Origin: an uncultured Holdemania sp.
GTDB taxonomy: Bacteria > Bacillota_I > Bacilli_A > Erysipelotrichales > Erysipelotrichaceae
Direction of reading: 5' to 3'
NCBI GenBank assembly: GCA_947037125.1
Contig: CAMQTJ010000006.1
Span: 8 to 64,007 of the forward strand
DNA length: 64,000 bases
A program made the translations under genes and the position numbers. The notes beneath the pieces were generated by a model. It searched no databases, had not been told where the DNA came from, and was given only the letters and a program-made list of their open reading frames with translations. The stretch's first letter is position 1, and every line of letters begins with the position of its first letter. Of the stretch, positions 18,073-27,554 are shown in pieces.

Positions 18073-18606
18073 TTATTTATTATATATTTTTTGTACTCTA
18101 TACATTAATACAAGAAAGTATACTTCATTCACAAATGCAGCAAATACAATTACCATTAATAAAAATACAAATATACTTGAAAAAATCAAGTAAGAACATA
18201 TAGCACTTGCTATTGCCAAAATAACTTTATATTTCCATACTTTGATTAACTTATCAAAAGATAAATCAATAGTATTTATCTTTTCAAGTTCATTAATCCC
18301 CATAATTATTAACCATTCACAATATATAATGATAACTATTGATATATGTCTTAAAATATCAAACAAAATATTATTAACATTAACACCTAACAATAAACAT
18401 AAATAAGTTAATAATGAATAAATTACCATATAGATTAACCATGGTTTAACTTTAATAAAATTATTAACTTTATTATCAAACTTTATAACTCCCATAAAAA
18501 TTAAAGCAAATCCAATAAAATCCGGCATTAAATTAACTATAAAAAATGTAATGTCAAAAAATACAAATAAAAATCCAATAAAAATATATGTCATAAAATC
18601 CTCCAT
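18073..18606 (-). CDS. Polytopic membrane protein, unknown function
   Basis: 177 aa with about 5 hydrophobic helices. It occupies the position where phoH/yqfF sit in Bacillus. Confidence 0.5.
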   Translation of the reverse strand: MEDFMTYIFIGFLFVFFDITFFIVNLMPDFIGFALIFMGVIKFDNKVNNFIKVKPWLIYMVIYSLLTYLCLLLGVNVNNILFDILRHISIVIIIYCEWLIIMGINELEKINTIDLSFDKLIKVWKYKVILAIASAICSYLIFSSIFVFLLMVIVFAAFVNEVYFLVLMYRVQKIYNK

Positions 18607-18681
18607 GTTATACTAATATATTTGTATTCTAACACATATTTTCAGCTACAACAAGTTAGTATTTATTTATCTTTTTTATTA

Positions 18682-19623
18682 TTATTTAGTTATATTTTCA
18701 TACAAAGTATAATGAACTTGCATAATAATTTTATTACCTTCTTTTTTAAATTCAATAATATTTTCACTAATAATATGTTCATCAAAATCAATTTCTTTGG
18801 ATATTTCATTGCGACAATTCATTATAAGTCTTGAAAAATGAAGTGGGTCTAATACTTTAAGATCCTTACTTAAATCCATTTCACTATAAATTGTATACCA
18901 TGTTTTACCATAAACTACACCCTTAGTATTCAATTCCTTATTAATGTTAAAAGCATCATTAATATTATTATCAATTAATAAATCACCCTTAGCTACAATT
19001 TGATTTAACTTTACTACTTTATTACCACTTAAAACATCAAATTCTACTACCATTGCATCTTTAGTTGAATATATTTGATTATTAGTTTCAATGTAAGGTT
19101 TAACTATTTCTTTAGTAGTTAAGTAAATATCCATTTTAGATCCTTTACGAACAATATTCATCCAAGTAATTTGATCAGCAAATTTATCACTAATTATCTT
19201 TTCTATTTCTATTTCACATTTATCATCACAAACAAATGGAATCTTATAATATTGTTTAATTTCATCATTAATTACACTTGCTAAAGAATTACTTGTTGAA
19301 TGAAACTCAATATCAAATATAAGGCTATTTAAACCCATATATAAAAAGAATACCCAACCAATACATATAAGTTTAAAAGGATTAGTAAAAACTCTTAAAC
19401 TAAAGCCTAATAAGCCTACAGTTCTTAGATATACAATTGTATTAAAATTAGATTTTAGTTTATTACGATATTCAATATTACTATAAAATACTAAATGATC
19501 ATTATTAATTTCAATATTATATAAACAAATATTTAATTCATTTACCCTACTCAAAAAAACATTGGCAGGATAATCTATTTCATATTTATCTAATCCAAAT
19601 AACATTTTAGCCTTATTGTTCAT
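18682..19623 (-). CDS. yqfD: YqfD-like (stage IV sporulation) protein
   Basis: It follows a YqfC/YabP-family gene as in Bacillus, and has one TM (FKLICIGWVFFLYMGL) about 100 aa in, then a soluble domain. The start was set at MNNKAKM; the ORF is open to 19680. Confidence 0.5.
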   Translation of the reverse strand: MNNKAKMLFGLDKYEIDYPANVFLSRVNELNICLYNIEINNDHLVFYSNIEYRNKLKSNFNTIVYLRTVGLLGFSLRVFTNPFKLICIGWVFFLYMGLNSLIFDIEFHSTSNSLASVINDEIKQYYKIPFVCDDKCEIEIEKIISDKFADQITWMNIVRKGSKMDIYLTTKEIVKPYIETNNQIYSTKDAMVVEFDVLSGNKVVKLNQIVAKGDLLIDNNINDAFNINKELNTKGVVYGKTWYTIYSEMDLSKDLKVLDPLHFSRLIMNCRNEISKEIDFDEHIISENIIEFKKEGNKIIMQVHYTLYENITK

Positions 19624-19810
19624 AAAAATTAATTCCTTTAAATAAACCATAAATCTTAATTTCATAAGTAGATATTTCAACTATTCTTAAATCTTCCCCA
19701 TCTATACATACAATCTTATTTTTAAGTTGTATTTCCACTAAGTTAGAAGAAACTTTTAATATTTTATTTATAGGTGATAATACCAAATTATTATTAGAAA
19801 GTGTTAGCAC
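19613..19810 (-). CDS. yqfC: YqfC/YabP-family sporulation protein
   Basis: 65 aa. The pattern L.L.....L.V.G.I..V......EI.L......V.I.GE.L.I..........I.G.I is typical of YabP/YqfC, and it has the conserved neighbour yqfD. Confidence 0.55.
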   Translation of the reverse strand: MLTLSNNNLVLSPINKILKVSSNLVEIQLKNKIVCIDGEDLRIVEISTYEIKIYGLFKGINFYEQ

Positions 19811-19860
19811 AAACTCACCCCTTTCATTTAATAATATGAATTACTTAACCAAATTATTAT

Positions 19861-19883
19861 AAAAAAAACATTTTTCAATGTTT
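19861..19883 (-). terminator. Terminator overlapping the stop of the YitT-family gene
   Basis: Minus-strand AAACATT-GAAA-AATGTTT followed by U8. Confidence 0.5.
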
Positions 19884-20489
19884 AAATTTATATGTTTGAA
19901 TTAATTGAATAACAAATGAAGATATCATTACCGTTATTATTGAATAAACTATTTGATTAAATGGAATATAACTTAGTGATAATAATAAAACTACTATATC
20001 AATAAAGAAATATACAAACGATATTTTACAATGAATAAGATGCTGAATAACAAGTGCTAAAGCATCATCACCACCACATGCCGATCCAAGCCTTACTACT
20101 ATTCCAACACCTATCCCTACAAACAATGCTCCGACAATAGATGTTATTAATAAGCTATCAAATTGTAGAAATTGTATAACACCAATATACTCATATAGTG
20201 AATACGAGAATGAAAACATCATTGAAGCATATAATGAATAGATCAAAAAACGTTTTCCTAATAATTTAAAGCCAATTAAATAACATGTTGAATCTAAAAC
20301 TAAGGCAGTAATTGCAGGATTAAAATTAAACCAATTTTTAAGCAATAAGGTTGCCCCTAGTACTCCACCTTCACTAATACTGCTTTGTGCATGAATATTA
20401 AATAATCCACACGCTAAAATACTACTACCTATGGCAATTATTATAAAATCACCAACTAATTTTTTATTAAAAATCATATCATTCTCCAA
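19875..20489 (-). CDS. YitT-family membrane protein (no DUF2179 tail)
   Basis: 204 aa with 5-6 TM. It has the SISEGGVLGATLLL and GFKLLGKRF blocks typical of the YitT/YczE membrane domain. Confidence 0.6.
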   Translation of the reverse strand: MENDMIFNKKLVGDFIIIAIGSSILACGLFNIHAQSSISEGGVLGATLLLKNWFNFNPAITALVLDSTCYLIGFKLLGKRFLIYSLYASMMFSFSYSLYEYIGVIQFLQFDSLLITSIVGALFVGIGVGIVVRLGSACGGDDALALVIQHLIHCKISFVYFFIDIVVLLLSLSYIPFNQIVYSIITVMISSFVIQLIQTYKFKH

Positions 20490-20494
20490 AAGAT

Positions 20495-20519
20495 AAAAAA
20501 AAAGGAGTTATTCTCCTTT
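20495..20519 (-). terminator. Terminator after rpsU
   Basis: Minus-strand AAAGGAG-AAUAA-CUCCUUU followed by a U-run. Confidence 0.7.
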
Positions 20520-20698
20520 TATTTCTTGCGACTTGCTTTACGTGCAGCTTCTGATTTTAATTTGCGCGCAATTCCAGGCTTAACATAAAATTCTCTTTTT
20601 CTAGCTTCAGCAAGGGTTCCGTTACGAGATACTTGACGTTTGAAACGACGAAGAGCATCATCCAAAACTTCATTTTCTTTTAATACAACTCTAGGCAT
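20519..20698 (-). CDS. rpsU: 30S ribosomal protein S21
   Basis: [41 protein letters not shown]. The ATG at 20698 is preceded by GGAGGG; the ORF is open to 20722. Confidence 0.9.
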   Translation of the reverse strand: MPRVVLKENEVLDDALRRFKRQVSRNGTLAEARKREFYVKPGIARKLKSEAARKASRKK

Positions 20699-20829
20699 AC
20701 TAACCCTCCCCTCTGTAAGCAACCGTTAATATTATATACGAATATAAGAAATAATGCAATGATATCTTACCTTTTTATAATATTTCTTTTCAAAATGCTA
20801 ATAAATGTTACAAATTAGCATGATTTCAC

Positions 20830-21501
20830 TTAATAATTTTCAACTGTTGCTTCTTTATCGTCAATTAAAGCACATCCACTACTAGTCCCAATACGATTAG
20901 CACCACATTTTATCATATTTAATAAATCAGCATTTGATCTAACACCACCTGCAGCTTTTATCAAACAATTATCTTTTACTGTTGCCTTCATAATTTTTAC
21001 AACTTCAATATTTGCACCACTTGTAGAAAAACCTGTCGATGTTTTTACAAAATCAGCATTAGCTAACAAACATAGTTCACAAGCCTTTGCAATTTCTTCA
21101 TCAGTTAATAAACAAGTTTCAATTATAACTTTTAAAACAGTATCATTACAAGCCTTTTTAATCTGTTTAATTTCATCAACTATATAATCATAATCTTGAT
21201 CTTTTAGTGCACCAATATTAATTACCATATCAATTTCATCAGCACCTAATTTAATTGCATCTAATGTTTCAAAAACTTTACAAGCACAACTATTAGCACC
21301 CAATGGAAAACCAATAACTGTACATACTTGCACATCAGTTCCATTTAATAATTCTTTACATAATTCAATACGTGAAGGATTTACACAGACTGTTTTAAAA
21401 TCATACTCAATTGCTTCTTTACATAATTTGATAAAACCATCTTTTGTAGCATCTTGTTTTAATAATGTGTGATCAATATACTTACTTAATTTCATTTTCA
21501 T
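20830..21501 (-). CDS. deoC: Deoxyribose-phosphate aldolase
   Basis: IDHTLLK, VCVNP, and a Schiff-base lysine context FVKTSTGF. Confidence 0.9.
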   Translation of the reverse strand: MKMKLSKYIDHTLLKQDATKDGFIKLCKEAIEYDFKTVCVNPSRIELCKELLNGTDVQVCTVIGFPLGANSCACKVFETLDAIKLGADEIDMVINIGALKDQDYDYIVDEIKQIKKACNDTVLKVIIETCLLTDEEIAKACELCLLANADFVKTSTGFSTSGANIEVVKIMKATVKDNCLIKAAGGVRSNADLLNMIKCGANRIGTSSGCALIDDKEATVENY

Positions 21502-21730
21502 TCTCCTTAATTGAAATAAATTATATTACTTATATTTATTTTATTATAAATAATATAACCACTTTAACGTAACGATACTAATGTATTATAGCTTTGGTTC
21601 TATATATATTATACTTAAATGTATATTATATGCAAGAACTAGTATTATCAAAAATAAACAAATCAATTAAAATTACTGAACTTATCAATAATGTTATGTA
21701 AATATTAATTTATTTTAAATACTCATTTCT

Positions 21731-21787
21731 AAAAAAATATTCCATTTATCAAACCATACTTGTGGTATGCCTAATAAACGGAATATT
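21731..21787 (-). terminator. Terminator of the PTS/aldolase/kinase operon
   Basis: A long minus-strand hairpin AATATTCCGTTTAT ... ATAAATGGAATATT with an inner CATAC/GTATG stem, followed by U7. Confidence 0.65.
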
Positions 21788-21797
21788 AATATTACAT

Positions 21798-22406
21798 CTA
21801 TTTTAAAATATACTTTTTGACATCATTAATTATAACATCATAGTTAACTTTAGAAAAATCCGTTGTGTCAACTTCCATAAGATTTCCAATTACAAATCTA
21901 TCATAACCTCTATTCAAACAGACATCAACAAACTCTTTTTTCGTTATTAAAGCACTTGCATTTAATCTATTTTCTAGTTTCATTCCATAATGATAGCAGT
22001 TTACAATATGACCTAAATGTCTCGTTTTATCTTTGTCACGCTTAATCCTTCTTTCAAACAATACATTTATATCACCAACTATTCTAATTGTTAGTGAATC
22101 ATAATTATATTTAGCAATAAGTAAAGATAGTGCATTATATTGCTTATCACTAAATGGGTAATCAATCATTATATTGCTACTTTCTTTCATTACATCTTCT
22201 ACAATTTTGTAAAACTCATTATAGCTAATTTGAATCAATTTATTTTTTTCTGTTATATCATCAAATCCATTTTCATCAAATATCTTTTCTTTAATATCAT
22301 CAAGAGCAATTAATTTAAATCCGCCAATTTTTTCATTGATCATTTTACCTAAAACAGATTTCCCGGATGCAGTGTAACCTGCTAGTATAATAATTTTAGA
22401 TAACAT
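21798..22406 (-). CDS. P-loop NTPase, kinase-like protein (AAA_33/zeta-toxin-like size and layout)
   Basis: N-terminal Walker A ILAGYTASGKS; 202 aa. It starts 1 nt after the aldolase stop and is the last gene of the PTS operon. Confidence 0.5.
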   Translation of the reverse strand: MLSKIIILAGYTASGKSVLGKMINEKIGGFKLIALDDIKEKIFDENGFDDITEKNKLIQISYNEFYKIVEDVMKESSNIMIDYPFSDKQYNALSLLIAKYNYDSLTIRIVGDINVLFERRIKRDKDKTRHLGHIVNCYHYGMKLENRLNASALITKKEFVDVCLNRGYDRFVIGNLMEVDTTDFSKVNYDVIINDVKKYILK

Positions 22407-22407
22407 A

Positions 22408-23241
22408 TTAATTATTTAAAAATAATTTAATTTTTCTACAAACTACTTCACTGACCAACTCATTACATGGGACTATATTATTTCTCAAAGAACTATTTTC
22501 CTTTGTGTTATTAAACATTTCTGTAGCTTTTTTTGTCCATCCCACTAATAATTCTGTACCTACATTAAACTTTCGAATCCCATGATCAACACAAAATTTA
22601 ATATCTTCTTCTTTAACACCTGTTCCTCCATGAATAACAAGAGGAATATCAACTGTCTCATGTAGTTTTTTTATTAATTCGAAATTAAGTTCTGTTTTTG
22701 CTTTATATGATCCATGGCACGTACCAACAGATACAGCTAATGCATCAATTTTTGTTTCTTCTACAAATATTTTTGCTTTTTCAGGATCTGTATATGCTTT
22801 TTCAGCTGATATACCATCTTCACTTCCACTAATAGTTCCAAGTTCTGCTTCAACGGAAACTCCTCGTGCACTTGCGTATGCAACAACTTCTTTAGTTCTT
22901 AATATATTTTCTTGAAAAGATAAACTTGAACCATCAAACATAACTGATAAATAACCTAAATCAATAGCTTTTTTAATTTCTGAAAATTTTGTACAATGAT
23001 CTAGGTGCAGTACAACATCTACACTTTGAGAATCAGCAAGAGACCTACATACACTAACTATAACTTCATGACCGATATATTCTGCAGTACCAACACTTGT
23101 TTGAATAATTATTGGTGCACCTTGCTTTTTTGCAGCTAATATCATTGCTGGAAGCATTTCTAAATTATGCATATTAAACGCTCCGACAGTATAATTGAAT
23201 CTTGCAGCAGATTTTAATACCTTATTTAATGATGTATACAT
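22408..23241 (-). CDS. Class II ketose-bisphosphate aldolase (FBA/TBP aldolase family, GatY/KbaY-like)
   Basis: VGAFN, zinc ligands in LHLDH, GTCHG and LVIHGGTG; 277 aa. Confidence 0.85.
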   Translation of the reverse strand: MYTSLNKVLKSAARFNYTVGAFNMHNLEMLPAMILAAKKQGAPIIIQTSVGTAEYIGHEVIVSVCRSLADSQSVDVVLHLDHCTKFSEIKKAIDLGYLSVMFDGSSLSFQENILRTKEVVAYASARGVSVEAELGTISGSEDGISAEKAYTDPEKAKIFVEETKIDALAVSVGTCHGSYKAKTELNFELIKKLHETVDIPLVIHGGTGVKEEDIKFCVDHGIRKFNVGTELLVGWTKKATEMFNNTKENSSLRNNIVPCNELVSEVVCRKIKLFLNN

Positions 23242-23634
23242 TTAATTTCCCTCATATTTTCCTCTAATTACATCCTTTGATAATTGCATAAGCTCATCTA
23301 TTTTATTTAAATAATATTGAACCTTTTCATTGTCTTTATTTACAGCCGCTAATCTCATTTCACTATTATATAAATTCATTAAGTCATTATAATTTTTACC
23401 TAGTTTCTTATTAATACTAAGAATTTTTTCTAGATAATAAATCGCATCAATATTATGCTTTAATTGCATACAAAGACTTGTAATTTCAATCAACAATTCG
23501 ATGTTTTCTTCACCATTTTTTATTTTATTTTCTAACGACTTTTTCACTTCTACTAACTCATTTTCTTCAATTACAACTTCTTCTTTTTCATTTTCATTTT
23601 CTATTTTTATTTTACTTTTTCTTTTAAAAAACAT
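23242..23634 (-). CDS. Hypothetical protein, helical, Glu/Lys-rich N-terminus
   Basis: 130 aa with no recognisable motif. It is tightly packed between the EIIC gene (8-nt gap) and the aldolase gene (0-nt gap). Confidence 0.5.
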   Translation of the reverse strand: MFFKRKSKIKIENENEKEEVVIEENELVEVKKSLENKIKNGEENIELLIEITSLCMQLKHNIDAIYYLEKILSINKKLGKNYNDLMNLYNSEMRLAAVNKDNEKVQYYLNKIDELMQLSKDVIRGKYEGN

Positions 23635-23642
23635 AATATCTC

Positions 23643-24926
23643 CTAATTACTCATAGTTAATAATGGCATTAATATCCACGCATATAACATAGCAACTACA
23701 ATTGTGTCTACATCAGTAGCGGTAGCATTGATGAATCCTAAACTATTGAATATTCCGACTAATAAAGCTGGTAATAAAGTTATAAAGAAGCCATGAGCAA
23801 TCCCTGAAATCATTGCACCTCTTCTTCCTCCCCAAGCATTACCAAATATTCCAGCAGTACCTCCTGCAAAGAAATTAGTTAACATTCCAGGAAGAATCAT
23901 TGCTAATCCAAACATCGGTAATACAAGCATCGCAATAACACTACCAATTGTAGTAAATACAAAGCCAACAATAACAGCATTTGGTGCATATGAGAATAAG
24001 ACTGGGCAATCAAGCGCTGGAATAGCATCTGGTACTAATCTTAGTGCAATCCCTCTAAATGCAGGTACAATTTCACCCAATAGTAATCTAACACCTGCTA
24101 GTAGTACATAAATACCTACAACAAATTGAATAGCTTGTAAAAATGCGTGCATTAAATAATGTTTACTTCCAGCAAACTCAGCACAAAATTCAGGACCTGC
24201 AAAAAATGCAGTAATCATAAACATTGGTACCATAACAACCATAACAGATAAATAAGTATCTTGTAAAAACTCTAAACTTTTTGGCAATTCAATATCTTCT
24301 GTTGAATTCTTTACATTACCTGTAAATTTAGCAATTAAAGCTGTGAACATGTATCCTATTGTACAAAAATGACCAAGTGCAATATCATTACTACCTGTAA
24401 TTTTTTTAACAGTTGGCTGAGCAATAGCAGGCATTAAGACCGCAAATATTCCCCCTACAATTCCTCCTACAATAATTAGTGTCAATCCTCTCAGTCCGGC
24501 AAAATAGCCAAATACAGTACACATCGTCGCCATCCACAAAACAGCTTGACCAGTTAAAAATATAAATTTAAATTTAGTAAAACGAGCTATTATAACATTA
24601 ACAACAAATATAGCTAAGAAAGTAAAAGCGATTTGACTACCTAACCCCAATTCTGTCATAGCTTGACCATTAATTGATTCTATAGATGGTATAATACCTT
24701 CCATTTGGAATCCCTCTGAAAATATTTGTCCGAAATATATTAATACTTGAACAATAATACCAGACCCAGCTGATAAAACTTGAAATCCCAATAATGTTTT
24801 AAATGTACCTGAAATTACTCGACCTATTTCTTTTTTTTGCAATATCAATCCAAGCATTGCTATTAAAGCTATTGTTATTGATGCCTCTGTTAGTATATTT
24901 TGAATAATAAAATTAATAATATCCAT
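23643..24926 (-). CDS. PTS ascorbate-family EIIC component (SgaT/UlaA type)
   Basis: 427 aa and polytopic. N-terminal FIIQNIL.EASI.IALIAMLGL and glycine-rich C-terminal blocks typical of the EIIC-GAT family. Confidence 0.85.
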   Translation of the reverse strand: MDIINFIIQNILTEASITIALIAMLGLILQKKEIGRVISGTFKTLLGFQVLSAGSGIIVQVLIYFGQIFSEGFQMEGIIPSIESINGQAMTELGLGSQIAFTFLAIFVVNVIIARFTKFKFIFLTGQAVLWMATMCTVFGYFAGLRGLTLIIVGGIVGGIFAVLMPAIAQPTVKKITGSNDIALGHFCTIGYMFTALIAKFTGNVKNSTEDIELPKSLEFLQDTYLSVMVVMVPMFMITAFFAGPEFCAEFAGSKHYLMHAFLQAIQFVVGIYVLLAGVRLLLGEIVPAFRGIALRLVPDAIPALDCPVLFSYAPNAVIVGFVFTTIGSVIAMLVLPMFGLAMILPGMLTNFFAGGTAGIFGNAWGGRRGAMISGIAHGFFITLLPALLVGIFNSLGFINATATDVDTIVVAMLYAWILMPLLTMSN

Positions 24927-24945
24927 ATTTAATTTCTCCCTATTA

Positions 24946-25251
24946 TTATAAAATTTCTAATTCTGTTAAAACTGGTACAAGTTTATCCTTAATTTCTACT
25001 TTACTTACAATATTTTTTAAATATATCAACTTAGTTTTTGTTTCATCGATGCTAAATTTTTCAAACTGTTTTTGAAAATTACTTGCAGTAATAATGATAT
25101 CAGCATTATATCCTTTAGCACTTGATATATCACTGTGTTCTAAATTAGCTTTTATTTTCAAATCATCTATAACTTCTTCAACTATCATTTCGCAAGCCAA
25201 ACTGCTCCCTAAACCTGCACCACAAACCATTAATATTTTAATTTTTTTCAT
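24946..25251 (-). CDS. PTS EIIB component (ascorbate/galactitol type)
   Basis: 101 aa with an active-site cysteine context KILMVCGAGLGSS. Confidence 0.8.
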   Translation of the reverse strand: MKKIKILMVCGAGLGSSLACEMIVEEVIDDLKIKANLEHSDISSAKGYNADIIITASNFQKQFEKFSIDETKTKLIYLKNIVSKVEIKDKLVPVLTELEIL

Positions 25252-25264
25252 TGTTTCTCCTTAG

Positions 25265-27373
25265 TTATTCAAGATTGAATAATATTTCTTTAAACTTGCT
25301 TATTTCCTTTTGCTTTATCAACTCTTCAATTTTTCCTTCTTCATTAATTAGCTTAACTAATGTTGATATTATTTTCAAATGTGAGTTACCACTAGTTGCA
25401 GCTAGGCAAAATACTATCCCTACTGGATCATTGTCCTCATGACTAAATTTTACTTGAGGACTAAATGTTGCTACACTAAGTCCTAATTCATTTACCCCAG
25501 AAAAAGAGCTAGCATGCGCTAATGCCAAATGTGGAGCTATGACAATATATGGTCCAAATTCATTAACTGTGTTTATCATCGCTTCTACATAATCCGGTGT
25601 AATAATATTCTTATTAATTAATGGCTCACTACTTTTTATTATGGCTTGTTGCCAACTTTCAACATTCAAATTCAGTTGTATTGACTGATCATCAAGTATC
25701 TCACTTATCATTGGTTGTCTTCCTTTTACCTTAATGTTTATATTATTTCTTTGAAACAATTTCATTAATTCATTTTCGATTGCATTTTGTTCATCTTTTT
25801 CGATTACATCAAAAACTATTTTTTTAATATCTTCAAACAACACTGCATATTTTTCTTCATGACTATCATTTTCTTTTGATATAATTTCACTTTCATTTAT
25901 AAATTTTTCGATTAATTGTTGATCTTCTTGATTTAATAACGGACTTATTTTTACTGAAGCAACATCACGTATATTAATATCGCTAGTTTTTATTACAAAA
26001 TCGATATCAATATTTCTAATATTTTGAATTTCACTTAAATTAAGTCTATATATACTTTTAAAATCATATTTGTTATTTAACCTTTCGATAAGTAATTCAG
26101 TTGTTGCAATTCCGTGAACACACAATAGAGCAACCTTAAATTTACTACCTTCTAATACCGTCTTCTTTTCTTCACTACTTTTAAAATGAATTAATAAATA
26201 AGCAATTTCTTCGTCTGATATGTTTTGTTTGAATAATACACCAATTTCATTGCAACTTATTTTTATGTTATTAAACAACTCTTTATATTCATCCATGACC
26301 ATTTCACATAGCGGATTATATATTTTTATACCTTCATCTAATCTTTTAAGAAGATAATTTATATGAGATGATAGGTTCGCGAATAAACGATCATCATTGA
26401 TATATGAATATCCTGTTTTATCAGTTAAATTATTTATTAATCTAATAGTCAAAATTTGACTTTTTAGCCAATTATCATCAACCCCACAGTCTCTTTTAAA
26501 ATTCAGAGAATTTAACATGCAGTAAAGATAACTTTTTTCACTCACACTAACATAACTTAAATTTAAATCTTCTGAAATTTTGTCCACTAATTGTTTTAAA
26601 TGTAAATTTTCAAACGATCTTTTATACTTGTAGTGATTTGAAATATCCATTTTTTCATCACATCTTTTTTTCCACAATGCAATATATAATACCATTTGGT
26701 TAAAATACTGATCATTATTATCTTTATTTCCAATAATAAAATAACTAGTTAAATTTGAGATAAATACACTAATATTTGCTAAATTCAAATATTGTGTAAC
26801 TAACATATCTTTCTTAGTCAATAAATTTATAATATCACCAGCTATAATTTTAGATAAATCAAAATTTAAAGTAATTTTATTTATTATCATCAGTCTAATT
26901 GAAAATTCATCTCCTTGAAATTGAAATCCCAAATTCGGACTACAAACAATTTCAATATCAGATATTTTAGCATATTTTCTAACCTCTCTCATATCATAAT
27001 CTATCGAACTTTTACTTACATCAAAATATTCTTGAAAAAATCCATTAGTACATTTATATTCTGAATTTAATATCATAAAGAATATCATTAATTCACGATC
27101 GTCTTTTGATAAAAAGGTAGGGTTTTGATGGCTATTAAGTAATTCATAATATTTATTAAATTCTTCGAATGCTATATCACTCAGAGTAATACCTTTTCCA
27201 TGGACTGAGATAATAACATTATGATTTAACTTGGTAAATACAGAACAAATATTTTTAACACTGTACCTTACAAGTCTTTGTGAAACGTTTAAATATTTTG
27301 ATAATTCTGTGTAGCTACACAATCTTTTTTTATCATTAAGAATTTTTAATATTTGTAGTTCTCTACTTTCCAT
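25265..27373 (-). CDS. PRD-domain transcriptional regulator (MtlR/LicR-like) with EIIB-like and C-terminal EIIA(Mtl/Fru) domains
   Basis: N-terminal HTH (ELQILKIL...SYTELSKYLNVSQRLVRYSV), central PRD region, KVALLCVHGIATTE EIIB-like segment, and C-terminal EIIA_2 with the APHLALAHA histidine. Confidence 0.85.
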   Translation of the reverse strand: MESRELQILKILNDKKRLCSYTELSKYLNVSQRLVRYSVKNICSVFTKLNHNVIISVHGKGITLSDIAFEEFNKYYELLNSHQNPTFLSKDDRELMIFFMILNSEYKCTNGFFQEYFDVSKSSIDYDMREVRKYAKISDIEIVCSPNLGFQFQGDEFSIRLMIINKITLNFDLSKIIAGDIINLLTKKDMLVTQYLNLANISVFISNLTSYFIIGNKDNNDQYFNQMVLYIALWKKRCDEKMDISNHYKYKRSFENLHLKQLVDKISEDLNLSYVSVSEKSYLYCMLNSLNFKRDCGVDDNWLKSQILTIRLINNLTDKTGYSYINDDRLFANLSSHINYLLKRLDEGIKIYNPLCEMVMDEYKELFNNIKISCNEIGVLFKQNISDEEIAYLLIHFKSSEEKKTVLEGSKFKVALLCVHGIATTELLIERLNNKYDFKSIYRLNLSEIQNIRNIDIDFVIKTSDINIRDVASVKISPLLNQEDQQLIEKFINESEIISKENDSHEEKYAVLFEDIKKIVFDVIEKDEQNAIENELMKLFQRNNINIKVKGRQPMISEILDDQSIQLNLNVESWQQAIIKSSEPLINKNIITPDYVEAMINTVNEFGPYIVIAPHLALAHASSFSGVNELGLSVATFSPQVKFSHEDNDPVGIVFCLAATSGNSHLKIISTLVKLINEEGKIEELIKQKEISKFKEILFNLE

Positions 27374-27502
27374 TTCCCCACCTCATAACTAGATTATATT
27401 CTACATATCATACAAATAAAAGTACTTATTATTTCAATTAAATTTGAAAATAATTACACCATATATTTTACTATTTCGATAATTTCCTACAATGATTACA
27501 AT

Positions 27503-27540
27503 AAAAAAAGGATAACATCCTATTATAGATTAATATCCTT
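27503..27540 (-). terminator. Terminator after murE
   Basis: Minus-strand AAGGATA ... TATCCTT (or the inner AGGAT-GTT-ATCCT) followed by U7. Confidence 0.6.
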
Positions 27541-27554
27541 ACATTAATATAACT

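Noticed and set aside
27374-27554. Catabolite-responsive element (cre) upstream of the PTS regulator (TTGAAAATAATTACA around 27445-27460)
   Set aside because: The central CG of the cre consensus is missing, and the match is what one expects by chance in AT-rich DNA.
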